Source: a virus
Taxonomy: Duplodnaviria > Caudoviricetes
DNA: 43,281 nucleotides
Reading direction: 5' to 3' (one strand)
Virus record (IMG/VR): IMGVR_UViG_3300028585_000009
Coordinates: 1 to 43,281 of that record
Below are positions 33,848 to 43,281 of the stretch, piece by piece (within the stretch, counting starts at the first letter, position 1; every line of letters begins with the position of its first letter). Made by a program: the position numbers and the translations under genes. The notes beneath the pieces are model-generated. The model did not search any database, was not told the DNA's origin, and worked only from the letters and a program-made list of their open reading frames with translations.

Positions 33848-35958
33848 TATTTGATTTTCACCCCGAGGGTTGAGAGACGATTGACGTATTCAGTGATGAT
33901 ATTCGCCTCACTGGCCTGGCGTCCCGTGGCACGCAAAGCATTGACGATCTGGCGGCGATCACCCGGCGGGATCTTGTCGATCTTCACGTCGCCTTTGTCG
34001 AGGTAGGATTTTGCCAGGTCTTCCGGCATTACCTTCCACAAGGCTGTTGCTCTGCTGTCGCCGTAGAATGTCCCGCCACCGGCGAGCTTCACGTCAAGCA
34101 ACAGTTGCTGCGCGAGATCCTCAGTTTCGGCAATGGTCGGCTCTTTGCCGCCGTTCGCCATCATGAACGAGTCTTTGCGCGAGTCGAGCGCGGCCCGGAA
34201 CTGCTGCTGGGCCTGCAGGTTCTTCGGCTCCATTGCGTCTTTCGAGTTGCCCGTTACGATGCCGGCCATGGCCATCGCGTTCTTGATGGCGTCCTCGCGA
34301 CCCTTGGCGACCTTCTGCGGCGTCTGATCGCCTTGCGTTGCAGCGGTCCAGGCTGTGCGCACCACGTTGAAATCAGCTTTCGACAGGTACGGCTGGATAT
34401 CCTTCGCCAGCCCCAGCTCGGCCAGCTGCTCGGTCGGCATAGCCAGAAACTCTTCGAGCTTCGTGTAATCGGTTTCTGGTTCCAGGCCTTTGCGGCGATA
34501 GTCATCCATCCGGCGAAGCTTGATCACTTCGTCCGGCGGCAGGCGGGTCAGCAGCTCAGTCGGCACCGCGGAATACCCGCCCTGCTGCAGCGCCTCGGCG
34601 GCCTGCTCGAAGTCAGCAGCGACCTGGGCACCGGCCGCCTTCTTCCGATCGTCCAGATTGTCCATCACCATCTTCTTGAGCTCAGGGTCAGCGATGCCGT
34701 TGGCGACGCGCAGGCCGTCAGCGTAGCGCTGCGAAGCGGGCAGGCCGGCAGGCACAGCCTTCTCCATGATCTTGGCCGTGTACTCGCGTGTTTCTTTGAA
34801 GGGGATGCGCTTCACGAATTCGGCCATCGATATCTCGCCGGTGCGCGGATCTCCGATGTCCTTCACCCACTTGTCCACGGATCCAGGACCTGCGTTGTAA
34901 GCGGCCACCGCCAGCACCTGGCTGCCGTCGTACTTGCCCAGCATCTTGTTCAGGTAAGCGGTGCCCAAGGCAGCGTTGTATTGGGGATCGCTCAACAGAC
35001 GCTGCTCGTCGTAGGGCACACCGATATCGCGGGCGACTTCCTTCGCCGTGTCGGGCATCAGCTGCATCAGCCCAAGAGCACCTTTCGGAGATACCGCCGC
35101 GGGATTTCCGCCGCTCTCTGCCTGGATGATCAGGGCAGGAAGGCCGGAACTGCCCACGTCGCCATTGTCCCAAACGCTGGTGGCGATGTTGTTCGCCATC
35201 TGCTTGCGCACAGCTACGCCCAAGGTCTTGTCGACTGCGGCCTGGTCGCCAGCGCTCATGGTCTGATAGTTCTGTGCGTAATACTGCTGGGCCTTGAGCG
35301 GGTCGAGCGTGGCCATCCGCTGGATCACACCAGCTGATACCGTACTGCCGTATTCGCGTTGCTGCCGTAGGATTTCTTCGGGCGGCAGGCCTTTGCGCAT
35401 TCCCTCTTCACCGATCACGAACTCGCCCTTGCTGCGGTAGAAGGCGACCTGCTCAGGATCGTTCGCGTACTTTATCGCGCCCTCGGCAGATACCTGCAGG
35501 TTCGTCTTCGCCACCTGGTCATAGAATTCGTTTCGCTGGCCGAACTCGTAGCGGTTCAACTGACCGTTAAGCTGGTTGCGCTTGTTTGCGACAATGCGCG
35601 CGTACTGCTCGCGCTGGCGAGGATTCTGCAGATTCCGCCCCAGCTCTTCGGCAGCCTGGTCGAACGCCGGCAATGTCTGGTTGGTGATGTCCAGCGCATC
35701 ACGGCCGCGCCGGGTGTACACGCCGCCTTCCGGGTTGAACATCAGGTCGAGCTCTCGCTGGCTCAGCTTGGCCTCTACGTCCATGATCGCGGCAGTATCA
35801 GCGCGCTCCATCTCACGTTCGAACTGGTTGGCGACCATCTTGCCAGCGGCCTGGGTGAGATCTGCCGATGCATCCAGGCGCTGAACCTGGCTTACCTGCG
35901 GAGCGCCAGCGGCACGGCTCTGTACTTGAGGCCCGTCAAGGCCTGGAATAGTTGGCAT
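33847..35958 (-). CDS. Internal virion protein with SLT lytic transglycosylase domain
   Basis: AESGGNPAAVSPKGALGLMQLMP, AAYNAGPG, PFKETREY. Confidence 0.9.
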   Translation of the reverse strand: MPTIPGLDGPQVQSRAAGAPQVSQVQRLDASADLTQAAGKMVANQFEREMERADTAAIMDVEAKLSQRELDLMFNPEGGVYTRRGRDALDITNQTLPAFDQAAEELGRNLQNPRQREQYARIVANKRNQLNGQLNRYEFGQRNEFYDQVAKTNLQVSAEGAIKYANDPEQVAFYRSKGEFVIGEEGMRKGLPPEEILRQQREYGSTVSAGVIQRMATLDPLKAQQYYAQNYQTMSAGDQAAVDKTLGVAVRKQMANNIATSVWDNGDVGSSGLPALIIQAESGGNPAAVSPKGALGLMQLMPDTAKEVARDIGVPYDEQRLLSDPQYNAALGTAYLNKMLGKYDGSQVLAVAAYNAGPGSVDKWVKDIGDPRTGEISMAEFVKRIPFKETREYTAKIMEKAVPAGLPASQRYADGLRVANGIADPELKKMVMDNLDDRKKAAGAQVAADFEQAAEALQQGGYSAVPTELLTRLPPDEVIKLRRMDDYRRKGLEPETDYTKLEEFLAMPTEQLAELGLAKDIQPYLSKADFNVVRTAWTAATQGDQTPQKVAKGREDAIKNAMAMAGIVTGNSKDAMEPKNLQAQQQFRAALDSRKDSFMMANGGKEPTIAETEDLAQQLLLDVKLAGGGTFYGDSRATALWKVMPEDLAKSYLDKGDVKIDKIPPGDRRQIVNALRATGRQASEANIITEYVNRLSTLGVKIK

Positions 35959-35968
35959 CGTTAAACCC

Positions 35969-36538
35969 TCACGCGTAGCCCTGATTATTGTTCAAGCGGC
36001 TGCTCCCGCTCATGGCTGACATTGTGCCGGCGCCGAACGTGCCGATGGCGCTGCCGCCGCCACCCATGCCCCCGCCGCCCATCATCCCGCCAACGCCGTT
36101 CATGACGCCGCCCAAGAACGAAGATCGAGATGCGGCCTGCCCGTTGGCAACTGTCTGGCGGGCGTTCGAGAACCCTTGAATGGCCTGGACCTTGTAGCCG
36201 TACGCTTCGCGCGCCGCGTTGTTCTGGATGGTCAGTGCATCCAGCTCGCCGAGGGCTGCGGTGTCCTCCTGCAGCAGGGCATTTGAACCATCGTTCACAT
36301 CACCGCCATTGGCTGCCGCTACCGCGCGCTGTGTGCCGATCATCTGCTGTGTTCGCAATCGCTGCAGGCCGGCATCCTTTCGGCCTCGCTCCATCGCATC
36401 ACCTGCCGCCTCGTTGGCGAACATGGCATTGGTTCGCAGCTGTGACGCCTGCGAGTTAGCGGCCGCCTCCTGCTGTCGCCCCTGGGACATGCCGCCCACC
36501 ACGCTGATTGCCAGCGGTATCAAAGCCATCCAGCACAT
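35969..36538 (-). CDS. Internal virion protein (T7 gp14-like)
   Basis: MC start, Ala/Gln/Gly-rich, position after the gp13-like gene. Confidence 0.75.
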   Translation of the reverse strand: MCWMALIPLAISVVGGMSQGRQQEAAANSQASQLRTNAMFANEAAGDAMERGRKDAGLQRLRTQQMIGTQRAVAAANGGDVNDGSNALLQEDTAALGELDALTIQNNAAREAYGYKVQAIQGFSNARQTVANGQAASRSSFLGGVMNGVGGMMGGGGMGGGGSAIGTFGAGTMSAMSGSSRLNNNQGYA

Positions 36539-36543
36539 GGGTG

Positions 36544-37005
36544 TTACCTCTCTAATTTGAATGGGATGAAGGGTTTCCCCTGATGGCCGTATGGTACAGC
36601 CGTACCGAGCTCGAAACCCAGCCAGCGCAACCAGCGGATGGCCGCGGTATTGCTGGCGTCGACGTAGTTCTGCAGGCGCTGGTGCCGACCGAGCATTTCA
36701 TCCACCAGCGGCTTCGTCGCGCGCAGGAACTCCCGCGGGTATCGCTCGACGTGGATGGTGCTGATCAGCCAGGGCACGCCAAGCCCGTCAAGGTGCTGAG
36801 CGTCACCAACAGCAGCTAGCAGCAGGCCGTTGTGCACGATCTTCTGACTCTTGCAGCTGTGCGGTATCAGCAGCCCAACGGCCGTCTCCAGCGAGAAGCC
36901 GGCCACAGACTCGATCTCTTCACGGTCTGCCGGCCTGGCCAGTCGACATAGGCCCCAAAGGTCTTCCGCCACCAGCGGATATACGCTTGCTTTAGGCTTT
37001 TCCAC
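36544..37005 (-). CDS. T7 gp13-like GNAT-fold protein
   Basis: RPADREE...PWLI...NYVDASNTAAIRWLRWLGF. Confidence 0.75.
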   Translation of the reverse strand: MEKPKASVYPLVAEDLWGLCRLARPADREEIESVAGFSLETAVGLLIPHSCKSQKIVHNGLLLAAVGDAQHLDGLGVPWLISTIHVERYPREFLRATKPLVDEMLGRHQRLQNYVDASNTAAIRWLRWLGFELGTAVPYGHQGKPFIPFKLER

Positions 37006-39334
37006 CGGTCACCAGATCAGGAATAACAGCGAGGATGGACAGGGGAAGCGGATCGGTCTGACGGATGCAAAGCCGGCCTGCTCCCTCCCAGTTCGTGGGA
37101 ATGTTGATCTTTTCGGTGCCGGTCAGGAGCCTGATCGACTCATAGCCGTCACCGTCATCGCGTTGCTTCATCTGCTCGAGCTGATCAAAGCGTGGCCCAA
37201 TCGACAGCCCGCGGCTCTCTTCCAGCAGCACCGTGACGCTCGGAATGGTCTTGGTCTTATCGAACAGCGTTTCCTGGCCGGTGATGTTGATTGCCAGGGT
37301 TTCAAGATCACAGACATAGGGCAGGCCGACGTGCACCACCGCCGATGGCGTCTGCAGCTCGATCTTGCCATCGGCAACCACATGCCCCAGCTCAACGTTG
37401 CCATCAGCCAGAACCGATACCGCTTTGCCTTCGAGGTGGGAGAGGCCAGACAGTACGTCAACAGCTCGCGCCCAGTTCGCCGTTGGGGTGTCTCGCAACT
37501 GCTCAGGGACAACGCCCAGCGGCTCGACGTCTACCTGGGTAGGGCTGATGTAGCCGCTCACCCTTACGCGCAGCGTGCGTAGCTTGCCGCCCTCGTCCAG
37601 GTAGCTGAACACCACGTTGTCGCCGACATCCCCCGCGGTGAAGCCGGCGCCAGTGAGCGTCAAGACCTCGGGGTATTTCCATTCATCACCATCGGAGAGC
37701 GTGCGCATTGCGCCGGTCTTGTTCCACCCCTGGTAGCTCAGCCCGCTATCGACGAAGAAGCACTGTGCCGTGTTGAACTCACCGTCGACCGTCTTCGGTA
37801 TTTGACGGCTGGCGAATCGCTCCACATATCGCACCTGCTGGCCGTTTATTTGCCGGCGAACCACCGCATATATCGCGTCTTCTCTACCCTCCGGTACCGA
37901 GCAACAGGACTCGAAGAAACCGTCCGTGTCGTGCTGGTGCCAGGCGGCCACCTCCTGCTCGCGCAGATAGGTCAGGCCAAGCATTTTGCCGTCGCTTCGA
38001 ACAGACCAGATCGTCGTATCGGGAACCTTCGCGTAGCACCAGTCGACAATCGAGAAGTCGCGGAACAGGTGGTTACTCAGCACGGTAAGGTCGGAACCGG
38101 CGAACCCGTCGTCCGACAGCTGATAGCTCAACGAGCTGACCAGGCTGCCGCGGGCCTGTACGTAGATGGCCGTGTTATCGATCACCAGCGGAGGAACAAG
38201 CCCGATACCGTTATACGACTGCGCGTTGGCCGTGATGCTCTTCGCCGTGAGCCCAGTATTTCCGCCCTCCATAACCCACTCTGAACCAGAGGTCAGCACC
38301 AACAACTGCCGTAGCGGCAGGTAGTGCATGACTCGGTTAATCTCCAGACTCGCCTGCGTGAATATGATCGCGTCATCGTCTTTGTTCGGCGTGGAGTACC
38401 CGAAGTTGTTGAATACGCCTGTCTTGCTGAACCAACTGGTCTGTGGCTTGAAGTCGGTACCACCGAATACCAGACGCTGCTGAAAGTACCCAACCGCACC
38501 AGGGTAATTACCGGCGCTAGTGAATGGGTCCATTCCGGTCGGCGGCGTGTCTGTCCTGGTGGCCGAGATGTTGTTATCGGTGAATGCTGGCGTTGTCGAG
38601 CGCCCTGCGAATCCATAAACCCCGGAACCAGAATTGTCCTTGTAAACGTTGTAATAGGTGGCCCCGGCCACTGCATCCCACGTCAGCTCTGCCTTCAGAA
38701 CGCTGCTAGACACCGTGACCGTGTTGCTGGTGACCGGCAGCGACTCGTCAATCGTATTGCCGTCATCAACAACCGCCGTGACCTGGTAGCGCCAGACCTG
38801 CGTATTACCCGTGCCGGCCGTAGTTGTCGCGGTGGCAGTCGCCGGTGCAGCCACGCTTGGAACCAGCGATATCGGCGCGATTGTCCAGTTGTCATGGGCA
38901 AACCGACGCAGCTGGTGCGGCTTGTGCGCCGGGTGCACGAAGGTCATCACGTCAGCGGACTGCGTGAAATTCACCTCGAACAGCTCGGCCTCGAGAAACG
39001 GCGTCACCAGCTCGAACGGCTGCCCGATGTTCGGCCCAGCGCTGTTCAGCACCAGAGCGCCGTCGCGGTAGAAACGCATGAGCTTGTCAGTCATCTCGAT
39101 TGCGTAAGCATCGCTGGCGTTGAACTTGAACCGGATCAGCCGGCACACCTTGTCGCCTTTGACGCGATCGATGTACTGCAGCCCTGGCCGGTTCCGTGCG
39201 CCGCCATAGGGCATGATCGCGAAGTTGCGGCACAGCTTCAGACCGGTCTGGTAGCGCGCCAGATCAACACGACCGGCGAGCGAAGGCGCCAGCTCGCCAG
39301 AGGCAAACGAGGATTGGATCAGGCTTATGCCCAT
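36992..39334 (-). CDS. Tail tubular protein B (nozzle)
   Basis: QSSFASGELAP, NYPGAVGYFQQRL, EQEVAAWHQH, SGLSHLEGK; 780 aa. Confidence 0.9.
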   Translation of the reverse strand: MGISLIQSSFASGELAPSLAGRVDLARYQTGLKLCRNFAIMPYGGARNRPGLQYIDRVKGDKVCRLIRFKFNASDAYAIEMTDKLMRFYRDGALVLNSAGPNIGQPFELVTPFLEAELFEVNFTQSADVMTFVHPAHKPHQLRRFAHDNWTIAPISLVPSVAAPATATATTTAGTGNTQVWRYQVTAVVDDGNTIDESLPVTSNTVTVSSSVLKAELTWDAVAGATYYNVYKDNSGSGVYGFAGRSTTPAFTDNNISATRTDTPPTGMDPFTSAGNYPGAVGYFQQRLVFGGTDFKPQTSWFSKTGVFNNFGYSTPNKDDDAIIFTQASLEINRVMHYLPLRQLLVLTSGSEWVMEGGNTGLTAKSITANAQSYNGIGLVPPLVIDNTAIYVQARGSLVSSLSYQLSDDGFAGSDLTVLSNHLFRDFSIVDWCYAKVPDTTIWSVRSDGKMLGLTYLREQEVAAWHQHDTDGFFESCCSVPEGREDAIYAVVRRQINGQQVRYVERFASRQIPKTVDGEFNTAQCFFVDSGLSYQGWNKTGAMRTLSDGDEWKYPEVLTLTGAGFTAGDVGDNVVFSYLDEGGKLRTLRVRVSGYISPTQVDVEPLGVVPEQLRDTPTANWARAVDVLSGLSHLEGKAVSVLADGNVELGHVVADGKIELQTPSAVVHVGLPYVCDLETLAINITGQETLFDKTKTIPSVTVLLEESRGLSIGPRFDQLEQMKQRDDGDGYESIRLLTGTEKINIPTNWEGAGRLCIRQTDPLPLSILAVIPDLVTGGKA

Positions 39335-39336
39335 GG

Positions 39337-39942
39337 TCAGCCCCTCGCCCGGATCAGGTCAGGCGTATAAGCGCCGCTTTCCTGGCTCTCGCTGAATGCC
39401 TGGACCTGGGCGCGCTGCACGCTCTCAGCGTAGCGCTGGCTGACCAGATTGAACATCTGGGGATTCACGGCCATCGGCATGGCAATCTTCGTTGCCAGCA
39501 GAAGCGCCAGGGCGTCCACATACAGCGCGTTGTATTGCTCGGTATCAGCTACGGCCACGGTGTAGCGCAGAACAGCGCCAGCAGCATCGGTATTGATCAC
39601 GCGCCCGTTGTCGCCATACCCAACCTGAAAGCGGATGCGGTGCTCTGCTGGCAGCGGGTCATGCCAGGGCCAGCCCTCGGGCACGATCTCGCGCGCCTTC
39701 AGGCAGTCCACAGGGTAGCGATAGCGGAACTCCCAGCCAGGCTGTGGGTTGCCGATGTCGGCTAGCGCCACGGTCTTCGTTGCGAACGGCCAGTTGAAGT
39801 CAGACAGGAACTGGTCGCGGCTTGTTTCGTAGAAGGTCCGGCACACCCGGGCAGCCTTGCTATTCTCGTCGACGCTGGCAACCGTCTCGCTCTGGCCTAT
39901 GGCGGCTAGCGCCATGTTGTAGATCCCGACCACGCTGGTCAT
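39337..39942 (-). CDS. Tail tubular protein A (adaptor)
   Basis: IYNMALAAIG...FNWPFATK...YRYPVDCLK; start 39942 is 8 nt after GGAGG. Confidence 0.88.
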   Translation of the reverse strand: MTSVVGIYNMALAAIGQSETVASVDENSKAARVCRTFYETSRDQFLSDFNWPFATKTVALADIGNPQPGWEFRYRYPVDCLKAREIVPEGWPWHDPLPAEHRIRFQVGYGDNGRVINTDAAGAVLRYTVAVADTEQYNALYVDALALLLATKIAMPMAVNPQMFNLVSQRYAESVQRAQVQAFSESQESGAYTPDLIRARG

Positions 39943-39958
39943 GGGCATTTCCTCCGGC

Positions 39959-39990
39959 AATAAAAAAGGGGCGCCGCGCGGGCACCCCTT
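39959..39990 (-). terminator. Intrinsic terminator after the head genes
   Basis: AAGGGGTGCC-cgcgc-GGCGCCCCTT then TTTTATT. Confidence 0.85.
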
Positions 39991-40012
39991 TAGATTACAC
40001 CTCAGCCAAGAA

Positions 40013-40531
40013 TCAGGCGTCGGGCAGTTTGCTCTGGTCGAAGTTGGCCGAACCGTCTGCAGGCTTGATAGCCGCGTTGAGCTCTTCAACCTTCGCCTGG
40101 GCGTCAGCTTTGGCCTTGCCTGAATCGTTCTCGTCCTTTTTGAAGGCGTCCCCGACCTGCTGATCGTTCTCGTCCACAACGATGTAGTTGCCGCCACCGT
40201 TGTGCTTGGCCTTGTAGCTCTTGGCTGGGGCTGGTGGTGACGCGAAGTTGGCAGGCGGGCCGTTACGCACCGCGTCGCCGCTTTCGCCATCACCCTCGGG
40301 GCCAGACTGCTCCGCGGCCTTCTTGGTGGTGGTCTTGGCGGCCGCTGGCTTGGTGGATTCTTCCATGTTTTCCTGGCCATCCTTGACCTTGCCGTTCTTG
40401 TCGACTTCCACCATCCAGGTGCCGAGGTCTTCGTCCGCATCGATCTCGAAGATCTCCGACGGGGTACCGGGTTCGCGAAGGATGCCGTGATAACCGACAG
40501 CAACCGCCTTTACACGCTTCTTGTTGCTCAT
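40013..40531 (-). CDS. Hypothetical protein downstream of cement gene
   Basis: 172 aa, GAGG RBS, two small domains with a low-complexity linker. Confidence 0.75.
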   Translation of the reverse strand: MSNKKRVKAVAVGYHGILREPGTPSEIFEIDADEDLGTWMVEVDKNGKVKDGQENMEESTKPAAAKTTTKKAAEQSGPEGDGESGDAVRNGPPANFASPPAPAKSYKAKHNGGGNYIVVDENDQQVGDAFKKDENDSGKAKADAQAKVEELNAAIKPADGSANFDQSKLPDA

Positions 40532-40574
40532 GACGCAATCCTCTTCTCAGGGATCAGTTCGACAACAACGCCAG

Positions 40575-41003
40575 TTACGGCGTTGCTGGGTACTGACGAG
40601 CGAAGTCGATGCCATCGACGATATGCAGGGACACGGTGCCGCCAGTGAACGGGCCGGTGCCTACGGTGTAGTTGCCGCGGATATAGCGGCGCATGCCCGG
40701 CGGGATGGGCAGGAACTGCTTTTTGCCGGCCGTCAGATCAGCGATCGCCAGGTCTGCGGTGGACACACGGTCGACGAACGTCACGTTGTCGTCCGAGTCC
40801 TGCAGGGTCAGGCGCAGCGTGGCAGCGCCAGCCGCGGCCAGGGTGGTGTTGATGGTGAGCGCGGCGAACAGCGCAGTACCGGCGCCGATGTCGCGGCCGA
40901 TGTTGGCAGCACGGGTGCCGCCTGCATCGATTACGTTGGTCGAAACTGCCGTGGCGGTGATCGCCTGCTTATCGGACAGCTCCAGCATTTTGTCCAAGAT
41001 CAT
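40575..41003 (-). CDS. Capsid cement protein (Bbp16-like)
   Basis: MILDKMLELSDKQAITATAVSTNVID...LQDSDDN...RYIRGNYTV. Confidence 0.85.
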   Translation of the reverse strand: MILDKMLELSDKQAITATAVSTNVIDAGGTRAANIGRDIGAGTALFAALTINTTLAAAGAATLRLTLQDSDDNVTFVDRVSTADLAIADLTAGKKQFLPIPPGMRRYIRGNYTVGTGPFTGGTVSLHIVDGIDFARQYPATP

Positions 41004-41048
41004 GATGAATCCTCTCTGATCAGGTCGCAGAAGGGTGAAGCGCGTGGG

Positions 41049-42056
41049 TTAGACCACGCGCGCTTCGGTGTTGAGCAGAACGTCCAGGCGTTTGAACGGA
41101 ATCTCGTCGAACATCAGTACGCGCTTGCCCGCGACTTCGCCCTGGCTAAGCCACACGTTCGTCTTGTTCGTGATCTGACGACGCAGGAACGAGCGAATAG
41201 TGCGGTTACCGTAGAACACAGGCTTGCCCATGTCCTGGTGCGGCAGCAGCTCAACCGCCTGAACCAGCAGGTCGATCAGATCGGCGCCTGCCGATGCATT
41301 CTTGGTCAGCGCCGCAACATCGACGTTGGCGATGCGGACCACGTAGCGCCAGTCACGAACAACCAGCCCGATGTTCCACTCGTAGTGGGTACGGTAGCCC
41401 TCGAAGCGGCCACCCTGAGCATCGAACAGCGTTTCCTGCTTGGCTTCGCCAGGGATCAAGCCGGCCTTGGTGCCCTCGGGATAAATCCCGTGGACGGTGT
41501 TCTCGCCCCAGCAGATCAGCCAGATCGAGGTGTTATTGCTGCCAGTACCACCGGCGTCGATCACGTTAGCAGCGCTCTGCGCGCCAGTGGCACCAGTGGT
41601 CTGCTTGGTGTTGAAGCGCGGGGCCAGCCCGGTGAAACGCTCGGGGTTGGCGGCGCCGTCACCGTAGATCACGGTTTCGGCCATGTTCTGGTTCATGCCT
41701 TCCAAGAACGCTTTGGACTCGCTGAGCAGGAACCCGGCCTTATCGGACGAGATGTCCACGAGTTTCTTGTCGACTTCGCTGTACGACTCGAGCATGCCGG
41801 TGACGTCGCGGATCTGAGCAGTGGTGCTCTTTTCCGGGTAGACACCGTAGTTCAGTTTGCGCCAGGTACCGCGCGGCAGGCCGGTGCGGACGGTCGACTT
41901 GTGGCCGGTTTTGTCGTTGGCTTCCATCATCGGCATATCTTCGACGATGGGGTTGGTCTGAGCCAGGATCTCGGCAATCTTGTCGATCTTGCCGTCCGGG
42001 TCCAGTCGCTTCGCCAGGTCGGCAAGCGTAGGCAGGGAGGTGCTGAGTGTTGCCAT
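41049..42056 (-). CDS. Major capsid protein (BPP-1/epsilon15-like)
   Basis: VRTGLP, FTGLAPRF, SIWLICWG, DWRYVVRIANVD, LLNTEARV. Confidence 0.93.
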   Translation of the reverse strand: MATLSTSLPTLADLAKRLDPDGKIDKIAEILAQTNPIVEDMPMMEANDKTGHKSTVRTGLPRGTWRKLNYGVYPEKSTTAQIRDVTGMLESYSEVDKKLVDISSDKAGFLLSESKAFLEGMNQNMAETVIYGDGAANPERFTGLAPRFNTKQTTGATGAQSAANVIDAGGTGSNNTSIWLICWGENTVHGIYPEGTKAGLIPGEAKQETLFDAQGGRFEGYRTHYEWNIGLVVRDWRYVVRIANVDVAALTKNASAGADLIDLLVQAVELLPHQDMGKPVFYGNRTIRSFLRRQITNKTNVWLSQGEVAGKRVLMFDEIPFKRLDVLLNTEARVV

Positions 42057-42075
42057 GTCGTCAATCCTCGATCAG

Positions 42076-42837
42076 TTACTTAAGGTTCGGGAACAGCACG
42101 TCGGCCGCCCTTGTTGGCTCGCCACTGCGGGAGTCAACGCCAGGCATAACCAAGCGATCTTCCTGCAGCCCCTTGCCGATGTTATGGAACAGTTTGACCA
42201 CCGCCGGGTTGTTCCCAATCCCCGACTCGTTGAACAGGATTCGCAGATCGTCGTCAGCGAATGCCTGCATTGCCTTGGCGCAAGTAGCGCGGGTTTTCTC
42301 GAAGTTGGCGCCGCCCAGCTCTGGATCGTTCTTGATCTCGTCAGCCCAGCGGTTGCGCTGTTCGGTCAGTGCGCTTTCCAGCATCTCGCTGCGCGCGGCC
42401 TCGACCTTCTGCATCAGTTGGTTCTGCAGGTTGACCAGGCCCTGGGCTTGCGCCTGGCTCAGGTTCAGCTCTTTGGCCACGGACTGGAACTCGCCCATCA
42501 CCTCGGCATCAAGCTCGAAGCCTTCGGGAACTTCGAAGTCGCCATAGGCTTCCGGTGCGCCTTCGGGCTCCTGCTGCTTATCGCCATCCTGCTGCTCGCC
42601 GTCCTTCTTGGCGGCATCGCCATCACCTTCGACCTTGCCGGTCAGCAGCGTGTCTTGCTGGGTGATCGGCACCTTGCCGTCTGCTTGTGACTCAACGGCC
42701 GTGGCTTCGGTAGTGGCAGCGGCAGCGCCATCAGCAGAAGCGGCCGGGGCAGCAGCGCCAGCACCAGCGTCACCGCCTTCATCAGCTTCGGCCATGAAGC
42801 CGGAGCGAGCCAGCAGCATCATCAGTTTCGCGTTCAT
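42076..42837 (-). CDS. Scaffolding protein
   Basis: Acidic N-terminus, AKELNLSQAQAQ, GIGNNPAVVKLF; directly upstream of capsid. Confidence 0.8.
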   Translation of the reverse strand: MNAKLMMLLARSGFMAEADEGGDAGAGAAAPAASADGAAAATTEATAVESQADGKVPITQQDTLLTGKVEGDGDAAKKDGEQQDGDKQQEPEGAPEAYGDFEVPEGFELDAEVMGEFQSVAKELNLSQAQAQGLVNLQNQLMQKVEAARSEMLESALTEQRNRWADEIKNDPELGGANFEKTRATCAKAMQAFADDDLRILFNESGIGNNPAVVKLFHNIGKGLQEDRLVMPGVDSRSGEPTRAADVLFPNLK

Positions 42838-43166
42838 TGGTCACCTTTCTCGTTGAGCATGTTTTCTGTCGCCATGCGGTTGTAGTAATTGGGGAATGCG
42901 GTGCTGATCTCGGACATCAGCCTCAGACCGACCTGTCGCCGGCCCTCCGCTAGGGCCATAACAGCATGATCCTTATCGAATACGGGCGCAAAGATATTGC
43001 AGTCTTCCATGTGCATCCAGAGGAACTTGCGACCTTCTTCGGTCTTCAGCACGTTGCCGAGCAGGTCGATCCGACGTTGCTGGCGTTCCTTTGCCTCCTT
43101 CTCAGCGTTCTCGCGCTGCTCTTTCTCTTCGGCTGCCTGCTCAAACGCGCGATCTACGTCATCCAT
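42834..43166 (-). CDS. Bbp19-like protein between portal and scaffold
   Basis: VLKTEEGRKFLW...ALAEGRRQVGL. Confidence 0.75.
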   Translation of the reverse strand: MDDVDRAFEQAAEEKEQRENAEKEAKERQQRRIDLLGNVLKTEEGRKFLWMHMEDCNIFAPVFDKDHAVMALAEGRRQVGLRLMSEISTAFPNYYNRMATENMLNEKGDQ

Positions 43167-43281
43167 CAGATGCCACCTGCAAGCTGTGTCAGGGCGTTGT
43201 TCCCGCCCATGTCGGTTTCGCTGAGCAGCTTAGCGCCTTCAGCGATCTGCGCCATCTGCTGGGTCTGCTGCGCCTGGGCTG
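43155..43281. repeat. 127-bp terminal overlap, right copy
   Basis: Identical to 1-127. Confidence 0.95.

Noticed and set aside
39337-40503. 388-aa extended tail tube A or frameshift fusion
   Set aside because: The extension is off-frame shadow of 40013..40531 and crosses a strong terminator; a good RBS supports the start at 39942
43155-43281. Biological direct terminal repeat
   Set aside because: Exactly 127 bp and it cuts through the portal gene; better explained as a de Bruijn assembler overlap. True termini need read mapping.
1-43281. CRISPR array, IS element or intron
   Set aside because: No regularly spaced repeats, transposase motifs or interrupted core genes seen by eye

Overview
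The window is an apparently complete, circularly assembled dsDNA podophage genome. Bases 1-127 repeat exactly at 43155-43281, consistent with a k=127 assembler overlap, so the unit genome is about 43,154 bp. The virion module is BPP-1/epsilon15-like with T7-type ejection proteins: terminase, portal, scaffold, capsid, cement, tail tube A/B, three internal proteins and a tailspike, followed by holin, SAR endolysin and Rz/Rz1. The early and replication genes are lambdoid-like: Cro-type HTH, DUF1376 initiator with an internal iteron origin, DnaB, RusA, YqaJ/RecT, a Rad50-like ATPase and a DEDDh exonuclease. High GC and the small-gene families suggest a Pseudomonas-like host (inference). I found no integrase, CI repressor, Q antiterminator, partition genes or DGR. 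The most unusual region is the ~440-bp non-coding stretch at 5960-6392. On the minus strand it holds several hairpins, a kissing-loop domain and a terminator. It also carries a ~45-nt segment complementary to the ribosome-binding regions of about eleven of the phage's own genes, a candidate multi-target anti-RBS RNA with a built-in cis sequestering partner. Other notable items: a dual-frame (EcoHK31I-type) cytosine methyltransferase, a polyvalent ejection protein with ART-like, GNAT and zincin cassettes, a gp49/66-family (candidate Acb4-like) sponge, a YadA-like autotransporter, and an RHH-DUF4406 fusion with its own operators. All calls come from reading the sequence by eye; no database searches were run.
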